From positions 24,306 through 88,305 of the forward strand of contig CAYZTB010000004.1 of the NCBI GenBank assembly GCA_964481195.1: a stretch of 64,000 bases of DNA, in the 5' to 3' direction. Under the pieces are notes generated by a model that ran no database searches, was not told where the DNA came from, and worked only from the letters and a program-made list of their open reading frames with translations. This document shows positions 29,211 to 39,189 of this stretch, piece after piece. Source of the DNA: an uncultured Bacteroidia bacterium (lineage in GTDB: Bacteria; Bacteroidota; Bacteroidia; Palsa-948). Position 1 is the stretch's first letter. Every line of letters starts with the position of its first letter. A program made the translations under genes and the position numbers.

Positions 29211-29543
29211 ATGAGAAACAAAGTAACATTGATCGGAAACCTCGGACAAAATCCTGAAGTGAAAGAACTTGATGGAGGAAAAAAATTTGCAAAATTCTCC
29301 CTCGCAACCAACGAAACCTATCACAATAAAGCGGGCGAAAAAATAACGGACACCCAATGGCATAACCTGACCGTGTGGGGTAAAACAGCCGATATCGTTG
29401 AGAAATATCTTAAGAAAGGCAGCGAAGTGGCCGTTGAAGGAAAACTGCTCAACCGCAACTACACGGATAAAGAAGGCGTGAAGCGCTACATTACCGAAGT
29501 ACAAGTGAGCGAGCTTGTGATGCTTGGAGGAAAGAAGGACTAA
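29211..29543 (+). CDS. ssb: Single-stranded DNA-binding protein (short form)
   Basis: MRNKVTLIGNLGQNPE, FSLATNE, TQWHNL, KGSEVAVEGKL. Confidence 0.95.
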   Translation: MRNKVTLIGNLGQNPEVKELDGGKKFAKFSLATNETYHNKAGEKITDTQWHNLTVWGKTADIVEKYLKKGSEVAVEGKLLNRNYTDKEGVKRYITEVQVSELVMLGGKKD

Positions 29544-29566
29544 GCAATCCAACCTCTAAATCAAAG

Positions 29567-29596
29567 AAGCCTTGTCTTAACAGACAGGGCTTTTTT
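29567..29596 (+). terminator. Intrinsic terminator after ssb
   Basis: AAGCCTTGTC-TTAACA-GACAGGGCTTTTTT. Confidence 0.8.
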
Positions 29597-29674
29597 ATTT
29601 CGGAATTCCCTTTACTTGCAATGAGATTGTATTTCCTACATCTTTTTGTATCTCTGTGCTATAAGAAACAAAAC

Positions 29675-29899
29675 ATAAATACTGTTACCATTACCCTGAA
29701 TAACGATAAGGAAGCAAGTTTTCTAATTTCTCTTGCTAAAAAACTTCTTTCGGTAAAATCTATTAAATCAAATAGTAGAAATCTTGTCGTAAAAGGCGAA
29801 CCTATGGATTTGAAAGAATTACGCTCTATGATTAAGAAATCAGAAAAAACCAGATTTGTTTCCGTTGAGCAGTTAGAGGCAAATATGAAGCAATGGTGA
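29675..29899 (+). CDS. Putative antitoxin; start codon may have decayed (ATA instead of ATG)
   Basis: INTVTITLNNDKEASFLISLAKKL...KELRSMIKKSEK; the 3' end overlaps the toxin start by 7 nt. Confidence 0.55.
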   Translation: MNTVTITLNNDKEASFLISLAKKLLSVKSIKSNSRNLVVKGEPMDLKELRSMIKKSEKTRFVSVEQLEANMKQW

Positions 29900-30317
29900 A
29901 AGAAGAATTCTTTACTGTTCATTGGTCTCTGTTTGCTCAACAAAATCTCAAAGATATTTACGATTTTATTAGGAGTGATAGCCAGCGGAAAGCTGTAAAA
30001 ATCACTTCTGGTATTGTATACTGACGACAACCGATTTTAAGAATTTTTGATCGGTTGTATCAGTATATGCCGATCGAAATATTTCCTTAAACTTATTTAG
30101 CATCGGTATAAAACATTCCAAATCACTTGCGCGTTTACCTTTTAAATATGAAGAGTGCGCAGAACTTCCTTCAAAAAATAAAATTTATAGAAAAGCGACT
30201 TATGCGCCTTTCAAAATAGTTTATAGGGTCAAATAAAAAAGAGTTGAGATTTTAAGAGTGTTCCATTCGAGCCAGAATCCGAAAAAAATTTATTCATTTA
30301 GAAAAATCAAGGCATAG
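29893..30317 (+). pseudogene. RelE/ParE toxin disrupted by a 92-bp insertion and an internal TAA
   Basis: MVKEEFFTVHWSLFAQQNLKDIYDFIRSDSQRKAVKITSGIV|KHSKSLARLPFKYEEC...PFKIVYRVK*KRVEILRVFHSSQNP; removing 30019-30110 restores the frame. Confidence 0.85.
30017..30110. mobile_element. TA-flanked double-hairpin miniature insertion
   Basis: TA duplicated at 30017-18 and 30109-10; hairpin TATACTGA..ACAACCGAT/ATCGGTTGT..TCAGTATA, then TATGCCGAT/ATCGGTATA. Confidence 0.75.
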
Positions 30318-33300
30318 TTAAAAATAGGCTCTGACTTGCGCATTTCCTGTATGAATGGTTTTTACCCCCGGAGAATTTCTTCCATCGTACGATAAGGTAA
30401 GCTGAATATTACTCGCGAGCGTTCGATTGTAGGCTACACCCCAAGTGTAATTATTTCCGGTTTTAAGACCATCCAGCATTTCATAGGCTAGGGGAGTGTT
30501 TTCTACACTGTTGTAACTAATAAGAATAAAATTTGCTTTGGCCGCTAAGCTTCCTTTGTTGAGCGCACTGTATTTTATTTCGCTGCCATAATTTTGTGCT
30601 TGCACTAACTCCGCCTTTGCGCCAAGAATTGAAATCGTATTTTTTTTCTCAGAATATTTGTACGACATAATTACACGAAACGTAGCGCTGGATTGTAAAA
30701 TTATTTTAGGCTCTGCTTCATAATAGGTAATGCGATAATTTCGGGCAGTAAAAAATTTAGAATTGTTTTGCTTTATTCCTTCTTTAAAACTTCCTTGCCA
30801 AGTCCATTTTCTATTTACGTTCCAACGAATTTTAGTTTCGCTATAGGTGTTGGTACGAAAGACGGTGTCATTTACGAGTAAGGATTTGTTTTCTACATCC
30901 TGCCAAGTAAAATCCATGCCAAACACTGGGTCGTTTTGGTTGAAAAAGATAGTGTTACGGAGGGATGAATTCAACGTTATTAATGTGCTGTCTTTGGTGT
31001 CGGATGCAAACGGATTGTATGCTATTGCTAAATCTGTATTGGTAGTTTTTCGGTCCGTTCTATAAGCAGTTTGATTTCCAAAACGTGAAATAGTTTTTTT
31101 AATTCCTTTTTTTCCTGACCACTTTGCACTCGGTCGTATATTAAACACTTCACTGAATTGGTTGGTATAAATGCTGATGTAGTCATCAGTAGGAGTCCAC
31201 ACTTTAATGTAGTTTGCTTCGTTGGGGAACAACGATATCTCAAACTCATTTAATTCCTTTACTCCATTTTTGTTGTAATCAACCCAAATGTGTGTTCCTT
31301 GTCCGGGCGCAACTTCTAAAAAAATAAAATCTCTTTTCAGCTCAAGTCCGGAGCCCACTTCGTAAAATGTTTGAGAAGAAATAAATCCCTTTAAAAGAGC
31401 AAAATTATATTCCACTCTTCCTACCACTGTGTTTTCGGACTTTTGAATGGTGATGGTGGTGTCCAGCATTTTTAATTTTCTGTAGCTGCCAGTAAACCTA
31501 AACTGACTATTAGGGTTACTAAACAGTTCCATGCCACCGCCATAATCTTCGGCCAAAGTAGCACGATGAAGCTCTGCTCCTTTTAAATTGCTAATAGCAT
31601 AGTCGGTTCGCTGTTTGTAGGACAAGGAATATTTATTGTTTGACGAATCTTTAAGTTCTACAAAAGGTTCCCACTCCATGAAGCGCGCACTGCCTGCCAT
31701 GAGTGAGTCAAATAATTTTGTTTGAATTAAATTATGTTCTTGTTTTTCTCGCACACCAGCAGTGAATTTTCCATTTATCAATCCTACAGGAATTTCTTTT
31801 GATGCCGTTGCTCGGTGTCTTAAAAAGTTTGAATTATTTAAAGAGCTTTTTGAATTCAAATAGCTTCCATCAGCATTTATTAAATATCCATTTGAAGCAA
31901 TGTTGACAATGCTGCTGTGGCGCATGGCATTGTAAAATCTCCCTTCCATGAAAGATTTGTAGTCATACGAAAGCAAATTATTTTTTTTAGCAATTCCAAT
32001 TCGTCCCCCCATAATGTGCTGGTCATCTTGTTGGATAGCATTTATTCGATTCCAGTCGCGAATAAATTCTACAGAACGAAAGCGCTCAATAGGCGAAAAT
32101 GTTTTTTGCAAGAATTCATAATTTGCATTGGTAACTAATTTCCAGGAAGGCATCGCGTTGCCGGTATCGTTCTCTTTGTGCGTTAGCGGAATAATATGAT
32201 CCCAATTAATTTTTCCTCCTAATCCTGTATTATCTTTTTTATCTTTTTCAGAAAAGGTATTTATGTCATTGTTGCTAATAGCTCCTTCAAAAGACAAAAT
32301 CGAATTTTTTGAAAAAATAATATCAGCTCCTGCCGTAACCATCTGTTTTTGCTTAGGTGAAATAAGTAAAATCACAGGCTCATAAGAACCGGTAGGCTGA
32401 CCGCTTACCGTATCCGGCACAACCCATTCATACACCTTTCCGTTTGCGGCCGATTGTTTTAGTTTGTAATTGCCTTTATTTATCCCTACAAAAGAAAAAC
32501 TTAATCGAAAATGTGCTTTAGCAGTATCTGTAGAGTACATATAAATGCTAGGATAAGTAAAAGTGCCAATCGAAGAATCTAGCTTATCATATAAAACTTC
32601 TGTATTGTTAAATGGAATGCTGTCTGCCGAAGAAGTAATTGCTTGATGTAAGCTGTCGCCAACTATCGAAAGCAACAATTTTTCTGGATTATCTAGCTGT
32701 TGTTGTAACGGTCTGTTTTTATTATCTTGTTCCGTATAACCATTCAAGCGCACATTAATTTTTTTGGATTTGTATTCACTGCCTGCATGCGCCAGCGAGC
32801 GAGCATAATTTTTATCGGAGTACTGAAACTCCACCGAAATACGTTTGTCTTTGGTAATTAAATTTTTTGGAGTGAAAGTTATTTCAGATGTGTTGTAATC
32901 AATGATGTAGTCGTTTTCTTGTCCGCGTTCCAGCAATTTCCCGTCTAAGTAAACCATTTCTGTTCCCGCTAAAACAATGATAAACTGTTCGTTTTCAGCG
33001 CCACGTAATTTATAGGCACCTTGATTTCGTTCCTGCCGTTGCCCGTTAAATGTGTTGCCATTTTTATTTTCTACCGAAATGTTTCTGGCGAATTTTCCCT
33101 TTGATACTGCTACACTCCCTCTAACAATCAATTCAGAGGATTTGGGCTGAGCCATTTTAGTTTCAATACTTAAGCCCTGATTTCTTTTATTATATACCAT
33201 GAAGTAGCCATCCGGTTTCATCATTTGAAAATCACCAGCGGTAAGGAGGGTTTTTCCGGATTTTGGCAAATCCTTGATTCCAATTTGAATAAATACTTTA

Positions 33301-33956
33301 TCAAACTCTTGCAGCTGCTGCGTGTTTCCATCTGGCTGAACAGGAATATTTTGATCTGTTGCTGCCAATAAAATATCCATGTTGTCGCTAACTTTTCCTG
33401 CAAGCTGAAGATTTAAATTAGAGTTTAACACTACATCTTGATTATTACCAAACGATATTCCTCTGGAAAGACTCCCGCTTTTAGTCAGCCCTTCCGTTTT
33501 AAAAAAATCGACTGGCTTATTTTTATCAACGTTATAAATATAGGGTTCGCCAAATTGGTTGTTTTGAATTTTTCGTACATCTTTATGCTTGTATTCTTTC
33601 GAAAATAAAAATGGGAATACATTGTAGGAAACAACCAATGAGTCATTTCTCAACCCATTTGCAGCTGAAGAAAATATTAGTAATGCCTTGGCATAATCGA
33701 TTTTATATTTCGAAGTATCTATAGGCTCCCCATTTATTTTTTTTATAGAAACGGAGTTTGCCACTACACTCAATGTATCCAATGAAATCGTATCGCCTAA
33801 TACAAAGATATTTTTTGTACGCTGATTGGAGGTTTGTGAAAAAGAGCAAGCACAGTTGATCAGCCCAATCAAAAGCAACAGAATCTTTTTCTGCACACCA
33901 ACTGCAGGCTTCGTTTTTAAAAGCGCCAAATATGTTTTAGAATTTAGGATAGACAA
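30318..33956 (-). CDS. Large conserved outer-membrane beta-barrel protein of unknown function
   Basis: 1212 aa; signal region; GSLSRGISFGNNQD, AGTEMVYLDG...DYIIDYNTSEITF; C-terminal ...QVRAYF. Confidence 0.75.
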   Translation of the reverse strand: MSILNSKTYLALLKTKPAVGVQKKILLLLIGLINCACSFSQTSNQRTKNIFVLGDTISLDTLSVVANSVSIKKINGEPIDTSKYKIDYAKALLIFSSAANGLRNDSLVVSYNVFPFLFSKEYKHKDVRKIQNNQFGEPYIYNVDKNKPVDFFKTEGLTKSGSLSRGISFGNNQDVVLNSNLNLQLAGKVSDNMDILLAATDQNIPVQPDGNTQQLQEFDKVFIQIGIKDLPKSGKTLLTAGDFQMMKPDGYFMVYNKRNQGLSIETKMAQPKSSELIVRGSVAVSKGKFARNISVENKNGNTFNGQRQERNQGAYKLRGAENEQFIIVLAGTEMVYLDGKLLERGQENDYIIDYNTSEITFTPKNLITKDKRISVEFQYSDKNYARSLAHAGSEYKSKKINVRLNGYTEQDNKNRPLQQQLDNPEKLLLSIVGDSLHQAITSSADSIPFNNTEVLYDKLDSSIGTFTYPSIYMYSTDTAKAHFRLSFSFVGINKGNYKLKQSAANGKVYEWVVPDTVSGQPTGSYEPVILLISPKQKQMVTAGADIIFSKNSILSFEGAISNNDINTFSEKDKKDNTGLGGKINWDHIIPLTHKENDTGNAMPSWKLVTNANYEFLQKTFSPIERFRSVEFIRDWNRINAIQQDDQHIMGGRIGIAKKNNLLSYDYKSFMEGRFYNAMRHSSIVNIASNGYLINADGSYLNSKSSLNNSNFLRHRATASKEIPVGLINGKFTAGVREKQEHNLIQTKLFDSLMAGSARFMEWEPFVELKDSSNNKYSLSYKQRTDYAISNLKGAELHRATLAEDYGGGMELFSNPNSQFRFTGSYRKLKMLDTTITIQKSENTVVGRVEYNFALLKGFISSQTFYEVGSGLELKRDFIFLEVAPGQGTHIWVDYNKNGVKELNEFEISLFPNEANYIKVWTPTDDYISIYTNQFSEVFNIRPSAKWSGKKGIKKTISRFGNQTAYRTDRKTTNTDLAIAYNPFASDTKDSTLITLNSSLRNTIFFNQNDPVFGMDFTWQDVENKSLLVNDTVFRTNTYSETKIRWNVNRKWTWQGSFKEGIKQNNSKFFTARNYRITYYEAEPKIILQSSATFRVIMSYKYSEKKNTISILGAKAELVQAQNYGSEIKYSALNKGSLAAKANFILISYNSVENTPLAYEMLDGLKTGNNYTWGVAYNRTLASNIQLTLSYDGRNSPGVKTIHTGNAQVRAYF

Positions 33957-34041
33957 AGTTGCGCAATTCGTTTCAGATAACGAGCAATTGCTAAATTTGT
34001 TTCCTTAAGTCAAGTCACAAAAGCATTACTTAGAGCAAATA

Positions 34042-34806
34042 ATGAAAATATTATCATATAATGTAAATGGCATTCGATCCGCAATTAGCAAAGGCCTGAT
34101 AGAATGGATAAACAATATTAATCCAGATGTTATTTGTTTGCAAGAGATAAAAGCTAACCCCGAGCAGCTCGATAAAGACACCCACGATAAATTATACAAG
34201 CATACATTTTGGTTTCCTGCGCAAAAAAAAGGGTACAGCGGAGTGGCAATATTATCTAAAAAGAAACCCGATCATGTGGAGTATGGATGTGGCATAAAAA
34301 AGTACGATGACGAAGGAAGAATTATTCGAGCCGATTTTGGTGATGTTTCCGTCATGAGTGTTTATTTTCCCTCCGGAACTTCGGGCGAGCATCGTCAAGA
34401 TTTTAAGTATGAATTCTTGGAGGATTTTCAGATATATATTAATAAGCTCAAAAAGAAAATTCCCAAACTCGTTATCTGCGGAGACTTAAATATTTGTCAC
34501 AAAGCAATTGATATACATAACCCTATAGCTAATGCAAATTCTACAGGTTTTTTGCCGGAAGAAAGAGCCTGGATAGACCAATTCCTAAAAAGTGGCTTTA
34601 TTGATACTTTCCGGTTTTTCAACCAAGAGCCTCATAATTACACTTGGTGGAGCTTTAGAGCTAACTCCAGAGCAAAAAACTTAGGCTGGAGGATTGACTA
34701 TCACTTAGTAAGCACTCCTCTGGAAAAGCAATTAAAACGCTCCATAATCTTATCAGAAGCAAAACATTCTGATCATTGCCCTTTGTTGGTAGAATTAAAA
34801 GATTAA
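34042..34806 (+). CDS. xth: Exodeoxyribonuclease III
   Basis: SYNVNGIRS, CLQEIKA, CGDLNICH, GWRIDY, SDHCP. Confidence 0.97.
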   Translation: MKILSYNVNGIRSAISKGLIEWINNINPDVICLQEIKANPEQLDKDTHDKLYKHTFWFPAQKKGYSGVAILSKKKPDHVEYGCGIKKYDDEGRIIRADFGDVSVMSVYFPSGTSGEHRQDFKYEFLEDFQIYINKLKKKIPKLVICGDLNICHKAIDIHNPIANANSTGFLPEERAWIDQFLKSGFIDTFRFFNQEPHNYTWWSFRANSRAKNLGWRIDYHLVSTPLEKQLKRSIILSEAKHSDHCPLLVELKD

Positions 34807-34943
34807 CAACCTATTTTGACCATTTTATAGGGTTTTCTAATTCACAATTATTATTGGGCAAAATAAATTAAAGTTTATATTTGCAGTCAGCACATCTATC
34901 TAGAAAAAGCTATTAAAACTGACTAATTTTGCATCTAAATAAT

Positions 34944-36695
34944 ATGAAAAAACTCTTTTTATCTTTTGTAGCGTTATCACTAATTTACTCTTGCGGACAA
35001 GAGGCAACAGTGGAAGGTGGATTGACACCTTTAAACGGAGGAAAATATGCAGGAGGAGTACTGCGAATGAACGAAGTTGAGGATTTCAGAAATCTCTATC
35101 CGCTAGATATTACCGAGGTTACATCGCATCGAATTGCAAATCAGATTTACGAAGGTCTTGTTCGCCTTTCACAAAAAGATCTTTCTATTGGCCCTGGATT
35201 AGCCGAGTCTTGGACTAAAAACTCTGAAGCTACCGTGTGGACTTTTAAAATTCGCAAAGGAGTAAAGTTTCATGACGATGAATGTTTTGGCGGCAAGGGC
35301 CGTGAAATAAATGCCAACGATTTCAAATGGTGTTTCGATAATCTTTGTACAGCAGGACCCCACAACCAATGGTTTGATGGAACATTTAAGGACAGAGTAA
35401 AAGGAGCAAATAAATATTACCAATCTACAAAAGATAAAAAGCCTTTGGAAGGCGGTGTAAGCGGTGTAAAAGTTTTAGATGATTACACACTTGAAATTAC
35501 ACTTACCAAGCCCAATGCAGGGTTTCTTAATTTCTTAGTAATTCAGGGATGTTATTTATTTCCTAAAGAAGCATATGAAAAATATGGTGCAGATGGAATG
35601 CGAGCTAGAGCTATTGGTACCGGTGCATTTAGACTTAAAACGATTAAAGAAGGCGAAGTTGTTATTTTGGAAAGAAACCCAGATTATTGGGGTAAAGATG
35701 CGGACGGAAATCAACTGCCTTACTTAAACACTGTACGATTCTCTTTCATCAAAGAAAAAAAGCAGGAGCTTTTGGAGTTTCAAAAAGGGAATCTTGATAT
35801 GCTTTATCGAATTCCTACCGAAAATATTGGAGACATATTGGCTGATTTAGATAAAGCAAAAGATAATGTTCCATTCGAGTTACAACTTTCACCAGCGATG
35901 AATCTTTTCTACTATGGATTTTTACACCCTGTAAAACCATTTGATGATAAGCGCGTTTGTTTAGCATTTAATCATGCTATTGACAGACAGAAAATTGTTG
36001 ATTACACACTTAAGGGGGAAGGGATACCTGCACTTTATGGAATGGTTCCTCCTGTACCAAGTTTTGAAGCTAAAGGGTATGATTTTAAATCACTCAAAGG
36101 ATATGCGTTTGATACAGATTTAGCAAAAAAATTATTAGCTGAAGCAGGATATCCAAACGGCAAAGGATTCCCTCATATCACCTTGCAAATTAATAGTGGT
36201 GGAGGTGACCGAAACGTATTAACGGCTCAGGTAATACAGGGCATGCTTAAGGAAAATTTGAATATTGATATTAATATTGAAACCCTTCCCTTTACACAGC
36301 ATTTAGATAAAATTGAAAGCGGGCAAACTCTTTTCTGGCGCTCTGGTTGGATATCAGATTATCCGGATCCTGAATCTTTCTTAACACTTTTGTCAAGCTC
36401 TCATATTCCGGATCATCTTTCTGATCGTTCGTTTTTCAATACTACTCGTTTTAAGAATGCTAAATATGACTCCTTGTTGTATTTAGCTAGTATGGAAATT
36501 GATGATGTAAAACGATTTAAACTTTATTTACAAGCGGATCAAGTTCAAATAGACGAGGGTGCTTTAATGCCTATTTTCTACGATGAAATTTATCGTTTAA
36601 TTCAGAAAAATGTAAAAGACTTTGATGTAAACGCAATGGAATATCGAGATGTTTCACGTGTATATTTTGTGCCAAGCGAAGACAAGAACCCGTAA
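34944..36695 (+). CDS. Family 5 ABC substrate-binding lipoprotein (peptide/nickel type)
   Basis: IYSC lipobox; QIYEGLV, LAESW, WTFKIRKGVKFH, IGTGAF, WISDYPDP. Confidence 0.9.
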   Translation: MKKLFLSFVALSLIYSCGQEATVEGGLTPLNGGKYAGGVLRMNEVEDFRNLYPLDITEVTSHRIANQIYEGLVRLSQKDLSIGPGLAESWTKNSEATVWTFKIRKGVKFHDDECFGGKGREINANDFKWCFDNLCTAGPHNQWFDGTFKDRVKGANKYYQSTKDKKPLEGGVSGVKVLDDYTLEITLTKPNAGFLNFLVIQGCYLFPKEAYEKYGADGMRARAIGTGAFRLKTIKEGEVVILERNPDYWGKDADGNQLPYLNTVRFSFIKEKKQELLEFQKGNLDMLYRIPTENIGDILADLDKAKDNVPFELQLSPAMNLFYYGFLHPVKPFDDKRVCLAFNHAIDRQKIVDYTLKGEGIPALYGMVPPVPSFEAKGYDFKSLKGYAFDTDLAKKLLAEAGYPNGKGFPHITLQINSGGGDRNVLTAQVIQGMLKENLNIDINIETLPFTQHLDKIESGQTLFWRSGWISDYPDPESFLTLLSSSHIPDHLSDRSFFNTTRFKNAKYDSLLYLASMEIDDVKRFKLYLQADQVQIDEGALMPIFYDEIYRLIQKNVKDFDVNAMEYRDVSRVYFVPSEDKNP

Positions 36696-36710
36696 ATAAA
36701 AATATTTGTC

Positions 36711-36746
36711 AAGGGCATATAATAGGATTCTATTATATGCCTTTTT
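36711..36746. terminator. Intrinsic terminator between convergent genes
   Basis: AAGGGCATATAATAG-GATT-CTATTATATGCCTTTTTT. Confidence 0.8.
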
Positions 36747-36758
36747 TATTTTCAAAAA

Positions 36759-37487
36759 TTAATTCTCGATTTTACTTTCTGCCGATGCCAAATGTCTTAC
36801 CAACATTCGCTTAGCAATTGGTAAAAAAGTTTCTTCAAGTGGCAAACTTAAATCAGTTTCAATGGCATACGTTGCTGGGTTTGCCAGTTTTTTATTATCC
36901 CTAAGCAGGTCGCCTTTTATAGACTGAAACGTAGTAGAAATATTTTTTTCAAACGATTTTACATAGTGGGTATGAATAGCTTTAAACTTCTCAGTGGCGC
37001 TTTCAAAAAAGGTTACTTGATATTCATATACGCTTGTTATTGCTGTTTTGCCATCCTTTAACAACATATAGCCGTATTCAGAGTTTAATGGCATTAGGCC
37101 AACTGATTGTAATGACAAATGATCTTCAACAACATCGTAAATATTTTTTCCCTCATCTACCCGCTGCTGAAACTGAGGGATTGCATATTCAATAATGTTT
37201 TCTAACTCAGCCATCATATTCCCGTCATTTACCATATTTTCAAAAGTAAGTTTGCCGCTTTCATCAATGCCGGATAAGCGCTGCGGAAAATGCATTTTTA
37301 GATTTTGCTTATTCTCTTTAACAGAAAGAGTGTTTTTATAATGCTCAATAAGTTCCGCAAACCAAGGATATAGGCGCGTAGCGTCAAAATTTTTGCTCAC
37401 ATCTTGCAAATAAGAAAGTAATAGGTACTTTTTGTACTCAAAATCAATGTGCTTTTCAGTAAGCCAGTTTTTGCTTAAATCTGTCAT
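36759..37487 (-). CDS. Conserved Bacteroidota hypothetical protein
   Basis: WLTEKHIDFEYKKYLLLSYL...PLEETFLPIAKR; full-length ORF. Confidence 0.7.
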   Translation of the reverse strand: MTDLSKNWLTEKHIDFEYKKYLLLSYLQDVSKNFDATRLYPWFAELIEHYKNTLSVKENKQNLKMHFPQRLSGIDESGKLTFENMVNDGNMMAELENIIEYAIPQFQQRVDEGKNIYDVVEDHLSLQSVGLMPLNSEYGYMLLKDGKTAITSVYEYQVTFFESATEKFKAIHTHYVKSFEKNISTTFQSIKGDLLRDNKKLANPATYAIETDLSLPLEETFLPIAKRMLVRHLASAESKIEN

Positions 37488-37662
37488 GATATATCTTTTT
37501 TATGTCAACCCGCCTTTCAATATTAAACGATTTGGAGCAAAAAATGTTTCGCTGTATAATGTAATTATTAGCAAAGACATGTTGATAATTGATTTTTTCT
37601 GAAAAAATCCACCCTCATTATTGCATTATTATTGCTATAGCATAAAATATAAAACCAGAAAA

Positions 37663-38670
37663 ATGAAAAACAATTTTTTCCTAGTAGTAACATTAATCAT
37701 AATTACCGCATTTGTTGCTTGCGTTCCTGCCAATAAATTACAAAACGAAAAAGCAAAGCGAGAAAACTGTGAGAAAGAACTAGCTAATTTCAAAGCTTCT
37801 TCTCAAGCGCTTGAAACAGAACTGAACGAACTAAAGAATAAAATGCAGGATGAGCAAAAACAACTTATAGGACTACAAAAGGATACCGCTATAATAGGTA
37901 CAAATTATAGAAACCTAACAGCTAAATACGACAAATTAAATAGCGTAAATGAAACGTTAATAGACAGATATAACAAACTACTAGCGGGAAGTGATTCAGA
38001 AAGCAAAAAATTATCGGGCCAACTTTCTTCTACTCAGGAACAGCTTCAGCGTAAGGAAGACGACTTAAAAAAATTACAAATAGAATTAGAAAAAAAGAAA
38101 ATTGATTTGGATGGCTTAACGGTTGAACTAAAAAAACGCGAAGAGCGCGTGAAAGAACTTGAAGATGTACTTAAGCAAAAAGAAGATGCTGTGAATGCGC
38201 TCAAGAAAAAAGTATCAGACGCGCTTTTGGGCTTTGAAGGAAAAGGATTAACGGTTACGCAAAAGAACGGAAAGGTGTATGTTTCTTTGGAGGAGAGTTT
38301 GCTCTTTAAGAGCGGAAAATGGGCTGTAGAACCTATAGGCGTTGATGCTCTAAAGCAGCTTGCCAAAGTATTGGAATCTAATCCAGATATTAATGTACTC
38401 GTTGAAGGTCATACGGATGATGTGCCCATGAAAGGCTTAGGGGATGTGAAAGACAATTGGGATCTGAGCTCTGTACGTGCAACATCAGTAGTAAAAATAA
38501 TTACTCAAAACAGCAGCACGAACCCTAAGCGATTAACAGCAGCAGGCAGAGGAGAGTTTTTCCCGATTGACGATAGTAAAACAAAAGAAGCACGTGCAAA
38601 AAATCGCAGAACGGAAATTATCTTAACTCCTAAATTGGACGAGCTATTTAAAATCTTAGAAGGAAATTAA
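37663..38670 (+). CDS. OmpA/MotB-domain lipoprotein with a long coiled coil
   Basis: FVAC lipobox; VEGHTDDVP, NWDLSSVRA, NRRTEIIL. Confidence 0.9.
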   Translation: MKNNFFLVVTLIIITAFVACVPANKLQNEKAKRENCEKELANFKASSQALETELNELKNKMQDEQKQLIGLQKDTAIIGTNYRNLTAKYDKLNSVNETLIDRYNKLLAGSDSESKKLSGQLSSTQEQLQRKEDDLKKLQIELEKKKIDLDGLTVELKKREERVKELEDVLKQKEDAVNALKKKVSDALLGFEGKGLTVTQKNGKVYVSLEESLLFKSGKWAVEPIGVDALKQLAKVLESNPDINVLVEGHTDDVPMKGLGDVKDNWDLSSVRATSVVKIITQNSSTNPKRLTAAGRGEFFPIDDSKTKEARAKNRRTEIILTPKLDELFKILEGN

Positions 38671-38674
38671 GAGA

Positions 38675-39166
38675 TTATTTTTTTCCGGGCTTGCCCTTTA
38701 GCTTTCCAGAAAAGGTATAGCTCCACTTTAATTCTTCTTCTTTGTTGAATAGATCAGCAGTGCCTTCTATATCATCACCGGTAATGGTGCCACTCCACTT
38801 CATTACCTCTTTTATGTCATTTACTGTTTCTGCAATCCAAACATACACAATGGCCTCTGCATTTGTGGAGTCTGATGAAACTATTTTATAGGGCATCGCT
38901 TTCGTAAATCCCCATTGTGCAAATATTTTACTTTTAAATTTCCCTGTCAAAAATTTTAGCTCATCTGGGTCGAGGGGTTTTTTCTTTCCTTCTTTAAACA
39001 CCTCTGCTAAATAAATATTTTTATCCAAAGGACCCTTTAATGGTCCTTGTGCAAACAATAAAATTGAACATGCAACAGCAGCAACACTTAAAATAAATTT
39101 TTTCATAAAATAAAGTTTAAAATGAATATTAATATACAAAAATTGTATTTTTTTTGGATAATGCAA
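38675..39166 (-). CDS. Secreted hypothetical protein (probable start MKKFIL)
   Basis: Signal peptide followed by a beta-rich domain. Confidence 0.6.
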   Translation of the reverse strand: MHYPKKIQFLYINIHFKLYFMKKFILSVAAVACSILLFAQGPLKGPLDKNIYLAEVFKEGKKKPLDPDELKFLTGKFKSKIFAQWGFTKAMPYKIVSSDSTNAEAIVYVWIAETVNDIKEVMKWSGTITGDDIEGTADLFNKEEELKWSYTFSGKLKGKPGKK

Positions 39167-39189
39167 TATAAATCACAATGTTTTTATCC

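Noticed and set aside
34944-36695. Orphan ABC substrate-binding protein without permease
   Set aside because: Stand-alone family 5 binding proteins are common in this phylum; partners may lie elsewhere.
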